DNA of 64,000 bases from an uncultured Chthonomonadaceae bacterium (GCA_963835065.1 CAWIEK010000046.1:64001-128000); one strand, 5' to 3'. Shown: positions 1-9,399, counted from the stretch's first letter. The notes: a model not told the origin generated them from the sequence alone. Program-made: numbers and translations.

Positions 1-280
1 GTGCTGGCCCTGACCACCAAACTGATACAGGACTCCAATGTCGCTCCGGCAACAAAAGGCGTTCTGGTCAAATCCATTGATCCCGAAACCGCCATTTCCG
101 AGACGCGCGGCCTGTCACACGGCGACATTATCCTGCGCGTCAACGGCAAAGACACGCCCAACGGTACAAGCCTTTCAAGCCGCTGTCGGCAATGTAAAAT
201 CCGGCGACCAGATCACAGTCGTCTATCTGCAAGCCAGCAGTGATATGTTGAAGCGGTTTGCGATTGTTTCAGTAGAGTAG
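1..280 (+). CDS. 3' end of a PDZ-domain protein (probably S1C/HtrA-type protease), partial, apparent frameshift near 170
   Basis: GVLVKSIDP...GLSHGDIILRVNGK in one frame continues as VQAFQAAVGNVKSGDQITVVY in another; together they give a PDZ pattern. Confidence 0.6.
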
Positions 281-397
281 GCATCAGGCATTAGGCATTA
301 GGCATTAGGAAAGTTGGCTGACAGGTTGTCTTTCCGCAAAGACATGGCTCAATCTGTGAATTTTTTTCTTAATGCCTAATGCCTAATGCCTGATGCC
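280..397. repeat. Tandem-heptamer hairpin element (GGCATTA)n ... (TAATGCC)n
   Basis: 4 units at 280-307 and their reverse complement at 370-397. Confidence 0.9.
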
Positions 398-408
398 TGG
401 AGAATTCC

Positions 409-1515
409 ATGCCCCCCGAAGTTCTGCCCCTGCGCGGCATAGACCATTTGCGCTTTTTCGTCGGCAACGCGCGGCAATCTGCGTACTTTTATCGCAATGC
501 GTTCGGCTTTGAAGTGGCGGCGTATGCGGGACTGGAAACCGGTTCGCGCAACGAAGCCGCTTATGTGCTGAAACAGGGCGAGATTACCTTTGTTCTCGCC
601 TCGCCGCTGTCGGGCAGCCACCCGGACAATGCGCGGCTTGCGCTGCATGGGGATGGCGTTCAGGACATTGCGCTGGAAGTGGACGACGTGACGCAGGCGT
701 ACACGGAAGCCACCCGGCGCGGCGCGATTGGCGTCACGCCGCCCACGCAACTAACCGATGAACACGGCATTTACGAGTTCGCCACCATTCGGGCTTATGG
801 CGACACAACCCACAGCTTTGTCAACCGTGACCGCTATAAGGGCGTGTTCCTTCCCGGCTATCAGCCTTTGGAACCGGAGCGCTACGGGCCGCGCCACTTC
901 AAGCCTGCCGGACTGAAAATCATTGACCATCTCGTCGGCAACGTAGAATTGGGCAAAATGGACGAGTGGGTCGGCTTTTACGAAAACATCATGGGCTTTT
1001 CGCAGTTGATCCACTTTGACGACAAGGACATCAGCACGGAATACAGCGCCTTGATGTCCAAAGTGGTGCAGGGCGGGCGGGGGCGAATTAAATTTCCGCT
1101 CAACGAGCCGGCGGAAGGGCGCAAAAAGTCGCAGATTGAGGAGTATCTGGAGTTTTATGGCGGGCCGGGCGTTCAGCATATTGCGCTGGCAACGGAAAAC
1201 ATCATTGAAACCGTGCAGGCATTGCGCTACAACGACGTGTCTTTCCTGACCGTGCCGCCCGCGTATTACGATGCCCTGCCCGAACGAGTCGGCGCAATCA
1301 AGGAAGACCTGCGCGAACTCGCCAAGTTGGGCATCCTGGTAGACCGCGACGAGGAGGGCTACCTGCTGCAAATCTTTACCAAGCCCGTGGAAGACCGCCC
1401 AACCCTGTTTTTCGAGATCATCGAGCGGCACGGCTCGCAGAGTTTCGGCAAAGGCAACTTCAAAGCCCTCTTCGAGGCCATCGAGCGTGAGCAAGAGAAG
1501 CGCGGGACTTTGTGA
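409..1515 (+). CDS. hppD: 4-hydroxyphenylpyruvate dioxygenase
   Basis: IDHLVGNV, GPGVQHIAL, LLQIFTKP, FFEIIER and FGKGNFKALFEAIE motifs. Confidence 0.95.
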   Translation: MPPEVLPLRGIDHLRFFVGNARQSAYFYRNAFGFEVAAYAGLETGSRNEAAYVLKQGEITFVLASPLSGSHPDNARLALHGDGVQDIALEVDDVTQAYTEATRRGAIGVTPPTQLTDEHGIYEFATIRAYGDTTHSFVNRDRYKGVFLPGYQPLEPERYGPRHFKPAGLKIIDHLVGNVELGKMDEWVGFYENIMGFSQLIHFDDKDISTEYSALMSKVVQGGRGRIKFPLNEPAEGRKKSQIEEYLEFYGGPGVQHIALATENIIETVQALRYNDVSFLTVPPAYYDALPERVGAIKEDLRELAKLGILVDRDEEGYLLQIFTKPVEDRPTLFFEIIERHGSQSFGKGNFKALFEAIEREQEKRGTL

Positions 1516-1527
1516 CCTCAAGCAAAT

Positions 1528-1929
1528 ATGAGAAGCAAAGAAGAGGTAATGTTGATGTCTTTGCCTGATTTCATTCCTGTTCATCCACACTGGCTTTCTG
1601 TGCTGCTGTCTTCGCTCACCTGTCTTGTCGGCTTGGGAGCAGGAGTTTGCTTCAGCATGAGTGATGGCAGCGAGTTTTCAGACTTTCGCAATTCGGTAGG
1701 CGTTCTTTTGCTGCTCCTGAGTTTTCTGGTTATTGGTTTAATTGCCGGCTTGATTTTTATAACCATCGCCGGGCCAACGTTGTGGCTTTACAACTATCTG
1801 CACTGGCCGGGTTATGCTGCTATCCTGGTGGGCTTGCCGAGTGGCTTGTTCTGCGCTTTTGGAAGCGTATTTGCATTAGAGGCTTACGGCAGCAGAAAAT
1901 CAGCAGCCAAACCAGGACCGCAGGACTGA
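1528..1929 (+). CDS. Hypothetical membrane protein (about 3 TM helices)
   Basis: Hydrophobic segments; co-oriented with neighbours. Confidence 0.6.
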   Translation: MRSKEEVMLMSLPDFIPVHPHWLSVLLSSLTCLVGLGAGVCFSMSDGSEFSDFRNSVGVLLLLLSFLVIGLIAGLIFITIAGPTLWLYNYLHWPGYAAILVGLPSGLFCAFGSVFALEAYGSRKSAAKPGPQD

Positions 1930-1947
1930 ACAGCAAGGGTAGGCCGC

Positions 1948-2706
1948 ATGGAAGCAGAAATTGTGAAGGGCAAAATAACAATCATAATCGGTGTGCCGGG
2001 AATGTGGGCGGATCGCAGCGCCATTGTTCAGGCGGTGACGAAGAACAATATGAACCGGCTGATGATGATGGGCAAGATGATTTTCCATGTGCCGACGCAG
2101 AACGGGTTTGAGTTTGAGATTTATCCGCACGACGCGAACCTGCGCCGCGCGTTTATGTATGCGGGGCAGGATTGGATTACCGAGCCGGAACTGGCGCAGA
2201 TTGACGCGCACCGGCATACGGTTTACGTTCTCGGACCGGGTGGCAATCTGGACAACGCCCGCGAAATGATGCTGATTACCAACGGCCTGCTCAACGCGGG
2301 CGGGCTTGCCGTCAAGGTGGAAAGTACGGGCAAGGCGTTTCGGCGCGAGGATTGGGCGCGGATGTGCGAGGGCAAAGGCCCGCTTGTGCTGTACGATGCG
2401 TATGTCGTGTTCAGCGTGGATCGGGACGGGGAGCAGTCTACCGTTTACTCGTGCGGGATGCACAACCTGGGCTATCACGACGCGATTATGACAGGTGACT
2501 TGCCGCCGCAGGAGGCCGTTGCCCTGCTGGACACGTTTCTCAAGTATTTGTTGGTGGAGCAGCCAGCGATTGGCGACGGACACACGTTTTCGCTTGCGCC
2601 GGATGCGCCCACTTACCGCCTGCATCTGGAACCCTGCGCCCTGTACCCCGCCGAAGACCCGTTTTTCAATCCGTTCGGGATGTGGCGGTTGGAAAAGCAA
2701 GGATGA
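1948..2706 (+). CDS. DUF4261-like hypothetical protein
   Basis: C-terminal YSCGMHNLGYHD...YLLVEQPAIGDGHTF pattern. Confidence 0.6.
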   Translation: MEAEIVKGKITIIIGVPGMWADRSAIVQAVTKNNMNRLMMMGKMIFHVPTQNGFEFEIYPHDANLRRAFMYAGQDWITEPELAQIDAHRHTVYVLGPGGNLDNAREMMLITNGLLNAGGLAVKVESTGKAFRREDWARMCEGKGPLVLYDAYVVFSVDRDGEQSTVYSCGMHNLGYHDAIMTGDLPPQEAVALLDTFLKYLLVEQPAIGDGHTFSLAPDAPTYRLHLEPCALYPAEDPFFNPFGMWRLEKQG

Positions 2707-2728
2707 AGGATGAAGGATGAAGGATGAA
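2701..2728. repeat. Tandem heptamer (GGATGAA)4
   Basis: Seen directly; contains the upstream stop codon. Confidence 0.9.
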
Positions 2729-2737
2729 AAGTAACGT

Positions 2738-3721
2738 ATGAAATTGGTGCGGGTTGCGGGGAATGAGCCGTTTTATTCGGTTGTGGTTGAGCGGGCGGGG
2801 GAGGGGGAGCAGAGCGAACTGTTTGACTTCAATATCGTTGTGCCCAACGATCTGCGCCCGCGTATGCCGATGCGCCATCTGGAATTTTTGCCCGTGCTGA
2901 TGCAGATGCAGGAGCGTCCGGGCGTTTTGTCACGTCTGGCTCAGCGGCTGCAAAACGCGCCGGACGATGAGTACGCGCATTTCCGCCGCCCGCTTGCCGG
3001 GGAAACGCTGCTTGCCCCGGTGGAACCGCCCTCCTTCCGCGATTTCTATGCCTTTGAGCAGCATGTCCGCAATGCGCGGGGCAATCGCGGCCTGGACATG
3101 GTTCCCGAATGGTACGACGCGCCCGTGTTTTACTTTTCCAACGTGGCCGGGATTGTCGGGCCGAATGTTCCGGTTCGCAAGCCACGGGAAAGCCGCGAAC
3201 TGGATTTTGAACTTGAAATCGCCGTTGTCATTGGCAAAATGGGGCGCGACATTGCCGTATCCGAAGCGGACGGTTACATTGCCGGGTTTACCATTTGCAA
3301 CGATTGGAGCCTGCGCGACATTCAGCGGCAGGAAATGAAAGTGGGTCTCGGCCCCGCCAAAGGCAAGGACTTCGCCACCAGCATCGGCCCCTATCTGGTC
3401 ACGCCGGATGAACTTGCCGACCGCCTTCTGCCCGATACCAGCCGGGGCAACTCCTACGATCTGACTATGACTGCAACGGTCAACGGACAGGAAATCTCAC
3501 GCGGCAATCTGCGCGATATGCACTGGACATTCGCCGAACTGATCGCGCAAGCCTCCCGCAACACCGTTCTCAATCCCGGCGACCTTCTAGGTTCCGGCAC
3601 GGTAGGAACCGGCTGCCTCACCGAATTTCCGCCCGGAACGTATGAGTGGCTCCAGCCCGGTGACGTAGTGCGTTTAGAAATTGAGCGGCTGGGAGTTCTG
3701 GAAAATACAGTTTGCACCTAA
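2738..3721 (+). CDS. Fumarylacetoacetate hydrolase family protein
   Basis: RDFYAFEQH, ELDFELE, NDWSLRDIQ, KGKDFATSIGP and GSGTVGTG motifs; near hppD. Confidence 0.9.
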   Translation: MKLVRVAGNEPFYSVVVERAGEGEQSELFDFNIVVPNDLRPRMPMRHLEFLPVLMQMQERPGVLSRLAQRLQNAPDDEYAHFRRPLAGETLLAPVEPPSFRDFYAFEQHVRNARGNRGLDMVPEWYDAPVFYFSNVAGIVGPNVPVRKPRESRELDFELEIAVVIGKMGRDIAVSEADGYIAGFTICNDWSLRDIQRQEMKVGLGPAKGKDFATSIGPYLVTPDELADRLLPDTSRGNSYDLTMTATVNGQEISRGNLRDMHWTFAELIAQASRNTVLNPGDLLGSGTVGTGCLTEFPPGTYEWLQPGDVVRLEIERLGVLENTVCT

Positions 3722-3767
3722 AACCATAGAACCCTAAAACCTTAAAACCCTAACCCGAGGAGCAACG

Positions 3768-5030
3768 ATGCGACTGCGCGTGAGTGACAACAAGCGTTTT
3801 CTCGTCTATGAAAACAATACGCCTTTCTTTTACCTGGGGGATACCGCCTGGGAACTGTTTCATCGCTTGAACCGCGAACAGGCCGACCATTACCTGCAAA
3901 CGCGGGCGAAACAGGGCTTTACGGTGATACAGGCGGTTGTACTGGCGGAGCATGGGTACGACAGGCCCAATCCTTACGGGCATCTGCCGCTTGTCAACAA
4001 CGACGTGGCGCAGCCGGTGGAGGCGTACTTTCAGCATGTGGATTATATCGTAGACAAAGCCGCGTCGCATAAGATGTGGACGGGGATGCTGCCGACATGG
4101 GGCGACAAGTGGAACCAGAAATGGGGCGCGGGACCGGAACTGTTCACGCCCGACAACGCCTTTGCGTGGGGCGAGTTTCTGGGCAAGCGGTATCGGGACA
4201 AGCCCATAATCTGGATTCTGGGCGGGGATCGCCCGGTTGAAAACGACGCGCACAGGGCTATTATACGCAATATGGCGGCGGGGTTGAAGGCGGGCGACGG
4301 CGGGGCGCATTTGAAAACGTTTCATCCGCAGGGACAGCAAACCTCGTCGCAATACTTTCACACTGCAGACTGGCTGGACTTCAATATGTACCAGACCGGG
4401 CACACGCGCAACCGGGACTGCTATAATTCTATCGCCCACGATTATGCCCTCGCGCCCACAAAACCGTGCCTGGATGCGGAACCCGGCTACGAAGACCATC
4501 CGAGCGGCTTCGATCCGAAAAACGGTTTTCTGGACGCGCATGATGTTCGTAAATTCGCGTATTGGGATTTGTTCGCGGGAGCCTGCGGGCATACGTATGG
4601 CTGTCACGACATCTGGCAGTTTTTGGGCGCGGCGGACTTCAAGGCCGTCAGTTCGGCGCGTACCGATTGGAAGGACGCGCTGATATTGCCGGGCGCAAAT
4701 CAAATGCTTCATGTCCGGCACTTGCTGGAATCGCGCCCGTTCCTGTCCCGCATCCCTGACCAATCGCTAATTGTATCCGGGCAGGGCGAAGGCATGGAAC
4801 ACGTACAGGCGACGCGGGACGAACACGGATCCTACGCCTTCGTCTACTTCCCGCTGCACAAAACCGTTGCCGTTGACCTGAGCAAACTGTCGGGCAAATC
4901 GGTACGCGCTTCGTGGTACGACCCGCGCACAGGCAAAGTCACACTCGGCGGCGATTACCCCAATACCGCGCAGGAATTCACGCCCCCGGTTCCGTCGGGT
5001 CCTGATTGGATTTTGATCTTGGACGCATAA
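3768..5030 (+). CDS. Glycoside hydrolase family 140-like protein (DUF4038 plus C-terminal beta domain)
   Basis: PFFYLGDTAW, GFTVIQAVVL, WILGGDR, EPGYE, GHTYG and WYDPRTG motifs. Confidence 0.8.
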   Translation: MRLRVSDNKRFLVYENNTPFFYLGDTAWELFHRLNREQADHYLQTRAKQGFTVIQAVVLAEHGYDRPNPYGHLPLVNNDVAQPVEAYFQHVDYIVDKAASHKMWTGMLPTWGDKWNQKWGAGPELFTPDNAFAWGEFLGKRYRDKPIIWILGGDRPVENDAHRAIIRNMAAGLKAGDGGAHLKTFHPQGQQTSSQYFHTADWLDFNMYQTGHTRNRDCYNSIAHDYALAPTKPCLDAEPGYEDHPSGFDPKNGFLDAHDVRKFAYWDLFAGACGHTYGCHDIWQFLGAADFKAVSSARTDWKDALILPGANQMLHVRHLLESRPFLSRIPDQSLIVSGQGEGMEHVQATRDEHGSYAFVYFPLHKTVAVDLSKLSGKSVRASWYDPRTGKVTLGGDYPNTAQEFTPPVPSGPDWILILDA

Positions 5031-5074
5031 GGTTGTCGTTTAACAGCAAAACGTCCTGAGAGAGCGCCAGGAAA

Positions 5075-5452
5075 AAGAAATATGTAGAGTCATCGTCGAA
5101 ATCTTGGCAATACAGCGCTTTCAGCCCGATGTCTCGTTGTGTCTGGTTGTAGGAGAGAGGCATCATGGCCTCAGCAGCGTCAGGGCGAACGGGGAGAGTG
5201 ACCAGGCATTGTCTCACACCTCCTTTCCGGGTGAGTTGATAGTTGATAGGAACTTCGACTTTCAACGGCCCGCCACCTGGCTGATTAGTAGATATATGTC
5301 TGTATTAGACGGGCGGATGGGGCGGTAGTTTCGTTTTTTTTGCTTTTTTGATCTTTTTTTCTGGTTTCTTGGATTGTTGCTGTTGGGAGAACGATAGGCC
5401 GGGGCTTTGCAATCCCCGGTCGGAAAGCGCAAGCGTCCTGCGGACGCGGATT
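5075..5452 (-). repeat. Dispersed non-coding element with REP-like end; inverted copy at about 43677-43965
   Basis: About 5080-5187 is the near-identical reverse complement of about 43843-43955; GGCCGGGGCTTTGCAATCCCCGGTC...GCGTCCTGCGGACGCGGA at 5397-5450 matches the reverse complement of 43677-43730. Confidence 0.8.
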
Positions 5453-5474
5453 GTGCTATTTGTAAGCGTAGCCT

Positions 5475-6362
5475 TTATAATGCAAGAAGCGCCTGCGTTT
5501 TGGGATTGTCACTAAACGGTTCGTGTTCGGGCAGGTTGAAGTTGGCGATTAGAACTTCACGATTGAGGACGCGCGTGTTGCCGTTCTTTTCCGTGTTCAT
5601 GCCGGACGCCGATTGAACAGCGATTGTAAAGGCGTTTGGGAACAAAGCATGGATTTGGGGCGTGTCGTAGGAGGAATATATCCATTGGCAGGTGGAACGT
5701 CGCAGCCGTGCCGCCAGTTCCTCATGCTCCTCCCATGTTCGCATGTTGTGCTTGTAGTTGCAGCCGTTTTCCGGGTAGGGAGGGTCAACGTACAGGACGG
5801 TTCCGGCGCGGTCATAACGATCAAGGCACTGCCGCCAATCCAGACATTCGATAATAACGGAGCGTAAACGGTTATGCACAGGTTTCAAGCGTTCCTGAAG
5901 CGTCTTCAGTGCGCCGATGAGACGATTGCCGCCGCCACCATCCGTAATACTGGTTTGAAAGCGGGGGTAGTCCAGTTCGCCGCCCCATCCCGCCATGATT
6001 AGGTAGTAAAAACGATGGGCGCGTTGTACTTCATCAAGTTGTATTGGATCAAGACCGGCAAGGCGCTGAAACTCGGCGCGGGCGACAAGTTCCCATTCAA
6101 AGGATTGAAGCAATTTTTCGGGACAGTGTTTTACGATGCGAAAAAAGTTGATGAGTTCCTGGTCAACATCATTGAGGACTTCTACAGGACTCGGCGGCTT
6201 GCCGAACAACACCCACGCGCCCCCGGCAAACGGCTCTACGTAGCAGGTATGCGGAGGAAGCAGGGGAATGATCTGTTTTCGCAAGCGTGATTTGCCGCCG
6301 ACCCATCGAATGGGACTGTTGATGGTTTTGTACTCGGTGGAAGGGGCGTTTTTGGCTGCCAT
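5475..6362 (-). CDS. DNA adenine methyltransferase (D12/Dam-like class), orphan
   Basis: WVGGKS, YVEPFAGG (motif I) and DPPY (motif IV); no adjacent endonuclease. Confidence 0.9.
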   Translation of the reverse strand: MAAKNAPSTEYKTINSPIRWVGGKSRLRKQIIPLLPPHTCYVEPFAGGAWVLFGKPPSPVEVLNDVDQELINFFRIVKHCPEKLLQSFEWELVARAEFQRLAGLDPIQLDEVQRAHRFYYLIMAGWGGELDYPRFQTSITDGGGGNRLIGALKTLQERLKPVHNRLRSVIIECLDWRQCLDRYDRAGTVLYVDPPYPENGCNYKHNMRTWEEHEELAARLRRSTCQWIYSSYDTPQIHALFPNAFTIAVQSASGMNTEKNGNTRVLNREVLIANFNLPEHEPFSDNPKTQALLAL

Positions 6363-6470
6363 GCAAATCCTCTTCTTGAGATATTCTGCTGATAATTGAT
6401 TTTAACACAGTATTCTTAACAAAGTTACAGTCTACTTTCCCGACAAATGGCAAGCCGCATGTGAGAATAC

Positions 6471-6512
6471 GATTTCACCGAGGTAAAAAGTTCTGGGTAT
6501 GTATGACGGGAA
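6471..6512 (+). repeat. Cassette-boundary site A (right half only)
   Basis: GATTTCACC-GA-GGTAAAAAGTTCTGGGTATGTATGACGGGAA aligns without gaps to sites B-D; outer left arm absent. Confidence 0.75.
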
Positions 6513-6543
6513 TCGTTCCGGTTAGTAGAAGGGAGGTGCAGGG

Positions 6544-6996
6544 ATGGAGCCATTTGGAGACGAAATACTTGCAGCACAATTCAAAGACTTCTGTGGTGAG
6601 AAACGCTTTCGTAAATTTTTGGATGAACTGAATACAACATGTCGTGAGAAAGGACGGTTGCTTTTCTGGCAGCAAGACCTTTGGGACGCTTTTGTACTTA
6701 CGCACAACGAGTACGCCTGTATCTCCTTTGAATACCTTGCGGCTCCGATAGTTTCCTGTCCCGTTCATGGCTGCTTCTTCCAACCAGATCGTGTTCCCAT
6801 TTGTTACGGCCTAATAAGATTTACACCGGGCTATTGGGAAACAAGAAACACATATTTCCCATACGCGAATACCCTCATTCTAGGCGGTTGCGAAGTAGAT
6901 GAGCAGAGCGAAGGGGACGTAATGTATTGTCCCGAATGTCGCCGCGCCGAGCAGATATGGGAGCAAGAGCGAATTGCCTCAAGGGGGCCGAAGTAG
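6544..6996 (+). CDS. Hypothetical Cys-rich, probably Zn-binding protein (cassette 1)
   Basis: GGAGG RBS; CPVH, ICYGL, LGGC and YCPEC motifs. Confidence 0.7.
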   Translation: MEPFGDEILAAQFKDFCGEKRFRKFLDELNTTCREKGRLLFWQQDLWDAFVLTHNEYACISFEYLAAPIVSCPVHGCFFQPDRVPICYGLIRFTPGYWETRNTYFPYANTLILGGCEVDEQSEGDVMYCPECRRAEQIWEQERIASRGPK

Positions 6997-7003
6997 GGAA
7001 ACC

Positions 7004-7084
7004 ATGCAGAGATGTGAGGAATCCTTTATACCCGGAACTGATGATTTTACTGACGTGAAATGCCACAGGTATGTGTGACAGGGA
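7004..7084 (+). repeat. Cassette-boundary site B (full)
   Basis: ATGCAGAGATGTGAGGAATCCTTT-ATACCCGGAACTGATGATTTTACT-GA-CGTGAAATGCCACAGGTAT-GTGTGACAGGGA. Confidence 0.85.
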
Positions 7085-7119
7085 GTGTTCTGTGATGCTT
7101 TGCAGAAGGCTGATGGTAA

Positions 7120-7551
7120 ATGGAGAGTATTGGCACTAGCCAGTGTCTCCACAGGACAACCAATATGAAGCCTATTAACCTGATGCTGCCAAAACATCGC
7201 CGCCCAACCATTCATAAACTCATGCAGGGATTGAAGCGCGTCGCCAATGCTGTTTGGCTCGTCATCGTCGTGATTGTTGCAGGCCCTATGTTATTCCCCT
7301 TCTGGTTGCTGGACGAGGTGAAAACGAAACTCACACAATGCCGAAATTGTAGTCGCATAGGAGGCTTACGAAAATACGATCCTGAAAAGTATGGAGCCAC
7401 ATATTATCTTTGTATGCGTTGCAAGACTCGTTATCTGAACTATCGCGGTACATGGCAGGATGCTTCGGCTCCTGAATACGATGATAAATTCGGTAAGCAT
7501 CGGAATGTGCGCCCCCTACTTCGCGCCGAAAAAGACCAGAAGAGAGCCTGA
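7120..7551 (+). CDS. Hypothetical membrane-anchored zinc-ribbon protein (cassette 2); true start may be downstream
   Basis: TM segment followed by CRNC...CMRC; stop codon overlaps start of site C. Confidence 0.6.
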   Translation: MESIGTSQCLHRTTNMKPINLMLPKHRRPTIHKLMQGLKRVANAVWLVIVVIVAGPMLFPFWLLDEVKTKLTQCRNCSRIGGLRKYDPEKYGATYYLCMRCKTRYLNYRGTWQDASAPEYDDKFGKHRNVRPLLRAEKDQKRA

Positions 7552-7630
7552 TGCAGACATTCGAGGAAAATACATACCCGGAACTTTGCCTTTTCAGGAC
7601 GGTAAATATCACAAGTATATTTGACAGGGA
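7551..7630 (+). repeat. Cassette-boundary site C (full)
   Basis: ATGCAGACATTCGAGGAAAATAC-ATACCCGGAACTTTGCCTTTTCAG-GA-CGGTAAATATCACAAGTAT-ATTTGACAGGGA. Confidence 0.85.
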
Positions 7631-7681
7631 GTGCTTCGAGCCGCTTGCAGGATTCGGGCGGATTATGGCGAATGGGGAAAT

Positions 7682-8539
7682 ATGAAACGTCGTCTGCTAT
7701 TTGTGTCCGTGTTGGTTGTCGCTCTTCTGGTGAGTGGCTGCGGCCTGTCGGTGTGGCAGGCGAAGCGGCAGTATACGCTTAACCGGCAGTTGGTCGCGGC
7801 TCTGCTGAATAACGACAACAAACAGGCAATCGCTCTTGTCAACGCAGGAGCCGACCCGAACACACCCTATGCCACGCCGCCTGCGCCTTCCTTCAAACGG
7901 TTGCTGAATCAGCTGCTGCATCGTTCGTCTCCCCCTCCCCATAACGATCTCTGGGCGTTTTTATTTGTCTGTGGAGAAGGATGGGAACTAGACAATGGCG
8001 TCTTTGCGGATCACCGCACGGAAGATGTATACTTGGTTCAATCCATGCTGGAATATGGCGCGGATTGCAAGGGCGTAGATTCGGAAAATCATTCGGCTCT
8101 ATCTTGGGCCGCTTTACGCAGTCGTATCCATCTCACGCAACTACTGTTGGAACACGGTGCGAACGTCAATCAACAGGATACTTCTGGCAACACTCCCCTG
8201 ATGTATGCAGTTCGACACTTTGATGTAAACATGACACGCCTTCTGCTGGAGCATGGTGCGGATGTTTCCCTCAAAAATAAGTGGGAAGTCACAGCCTTAT
8301 ATGATGTCGTAAGTGAGTGTAGGCACCCCCACAACCACCACAACACAGATATTCTTCATCTTCTGCTGGCACATGGAGCCAACCCAAACCAACCTAGTGT
8401 AGACAACGGGACTCCCCTATGGCTTGCACAAAGTCGAGGAGAGGCCGATATTGTTACTCTGCTGCAAAAAGGCGCAAAACAGCACAAAGGCAGAAGCGGC
8501 AGGAGCAGGAGAGCGCAGGATGGAGCCGATGATGGGTAA
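7682..8539 (+). CDS. Ankyrin repeat protein with N-terminal signal/TM segment (cassette 3)
   Basis: LLLEHGANVN, GNTPLMYA, LLLEHGADV and LLLAHGANPN repeats. Confidence 0.9.
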   Translation: MKRRLLFVSVLVVALLVSGCGLSVWQAKRQYTLNRQLVAALLNNDNKQAIALVNAGADPNTPYATPPAPSFKRLLNQLLHRSSPPPHNDLWAFLFVCGEGWELDNGVFADHRTEDVYLVQSMLEYGADCKGVDSENHSALSWAALRSRIHLTQLLLEHGANVNQQDTSGNTPLMYAVRHFDVNMTRLLLEHGADVSLKNKWEVTALYDVVSECRHPHNHHNTDILHLLLAHGANPNQPSVDNGTPLWLAQSRGEADIVTLLQKGAKQHKGRSGRSRRAQDGADDG

Positions 8540-8596
8540 GCGGATTGTGAGTAGGGGCACATATGTGAACAGGCAGGTACAGGGACAATAAGGCAG

Positions 8597-9256
8597 GTGT
8601 CAATTTCCATGATTACTCCACAAGAATTTGCTCTTCGCTGGCAAGATACGCAGATTGACACTCAAATTGCCCGTTTAGTGGCAGAAAACGCCGATTACAA
8701 CTATGCTGACAACGTGTGGGGTTGTTCACCGCTCGTTCGCTATGAACTCAATGTAGTGAATAATCTGCCACTTTCAGAAGAAGCCAAACACTTCCTTTGC
8801 GAAGCCGGACTGCCTAGCCAGATATTCGATTGGCGTCTTGATCATCTACCTGGAAACCTTCCGCCGCTGCCAAATGCGATGGAGGGATATTATTTTCCAG
8901 AGGGTTATTCCCGTTATCGTGTGCTGGGAGCGGCATTTTGGAAAGAGTTGGAGATATGTTTCGGGTTTCTCTGCCTCGATCTGGAAGCAGACGGTCGTGT
9001 TGTGGCTATCTGGTCAGGATTTGAGGAGGCTCAGTTTCTAAATTCCAGCATTGCTCAGTTTGCCGAGTACGTTTTGCTGTTCCGCGACTTCAATGAATGG
9101 TGTTCCATTCATCATCCCTATCCTCTTTCGGAGCCAGAGGACACAGGTATAAATCAGCATATTGAACAAGTGCTTGAGCAACTCAAGCTCGTTGACCCAC
9201 ATGTGCATGACTACGACTGGTTAAACCAGCCTTGGTCTGTACAAGTGCCTCCATAG
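8597..9256 (+). CDS. SUKH-4-like immunity protein (cassette 3)
   Basis: LSEEAKHFLCEAGLP...LCLDLEADGRVV...FLNSSIAQF pattern. Confidence 0.7.
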   Translation: MSISMITPQEFALRWQDTQIDTQIARLVAENADYNYADNVWGCSPLVRYELNVVNNLPLSEEAKHFLCEAGLPSQIFDWRLDHLPGNLPPLPNAMEGYYFPEGYSRYRVLGAAFWKELEICFGFLCLDLEADGRVVAIWSGFEEAQFLNSSIAQFAEYVLLFRDFNEWCSIHHPYPLSEPEDTGINQHIEQVLEQLKLVDPHVHDYDWLNQPWSVQVPP

Positions 9257-9318
9257 CCTCTCCGCTCCCTGCCTCCACTAGCCTGGTACGTCCCGCAGGA
9301 GGGCCGGAATAGGGAAGG

Positions 9319-9399
9319 GTGCAGACATTTGAGGAAAAATATATACCCGTTAGTGAGGATTCCACCGATGTGAAAGGCCATAGGCATATCTGGCAGGAA
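9319..9399 (+). repeat. Cassette-boundary site D (full)
   Basis: GTGCAGACATTTGAGGAAAAATAT-ATACCCGTTAGTGAGGATTCCACC-GA-TGTGAAAGGCCATAGGCAT-ATCTGGCAGGAA. Confidence 0.85.

Noticed and set aside
4978..5265. 95-aa ORF over the dispersed repeat
   Set aside because: No recognisable motif, overlaps the upstream gene end, and only the repeat core is shared with the second copy.
8540..8600. A sixth cassette site between the ankyrin and SUKH-like genes
   Set aside because: No ATACC / TTTYAC-GA-GTRAAA / GGTAT motif is present, so the two genes are treated as one unit.
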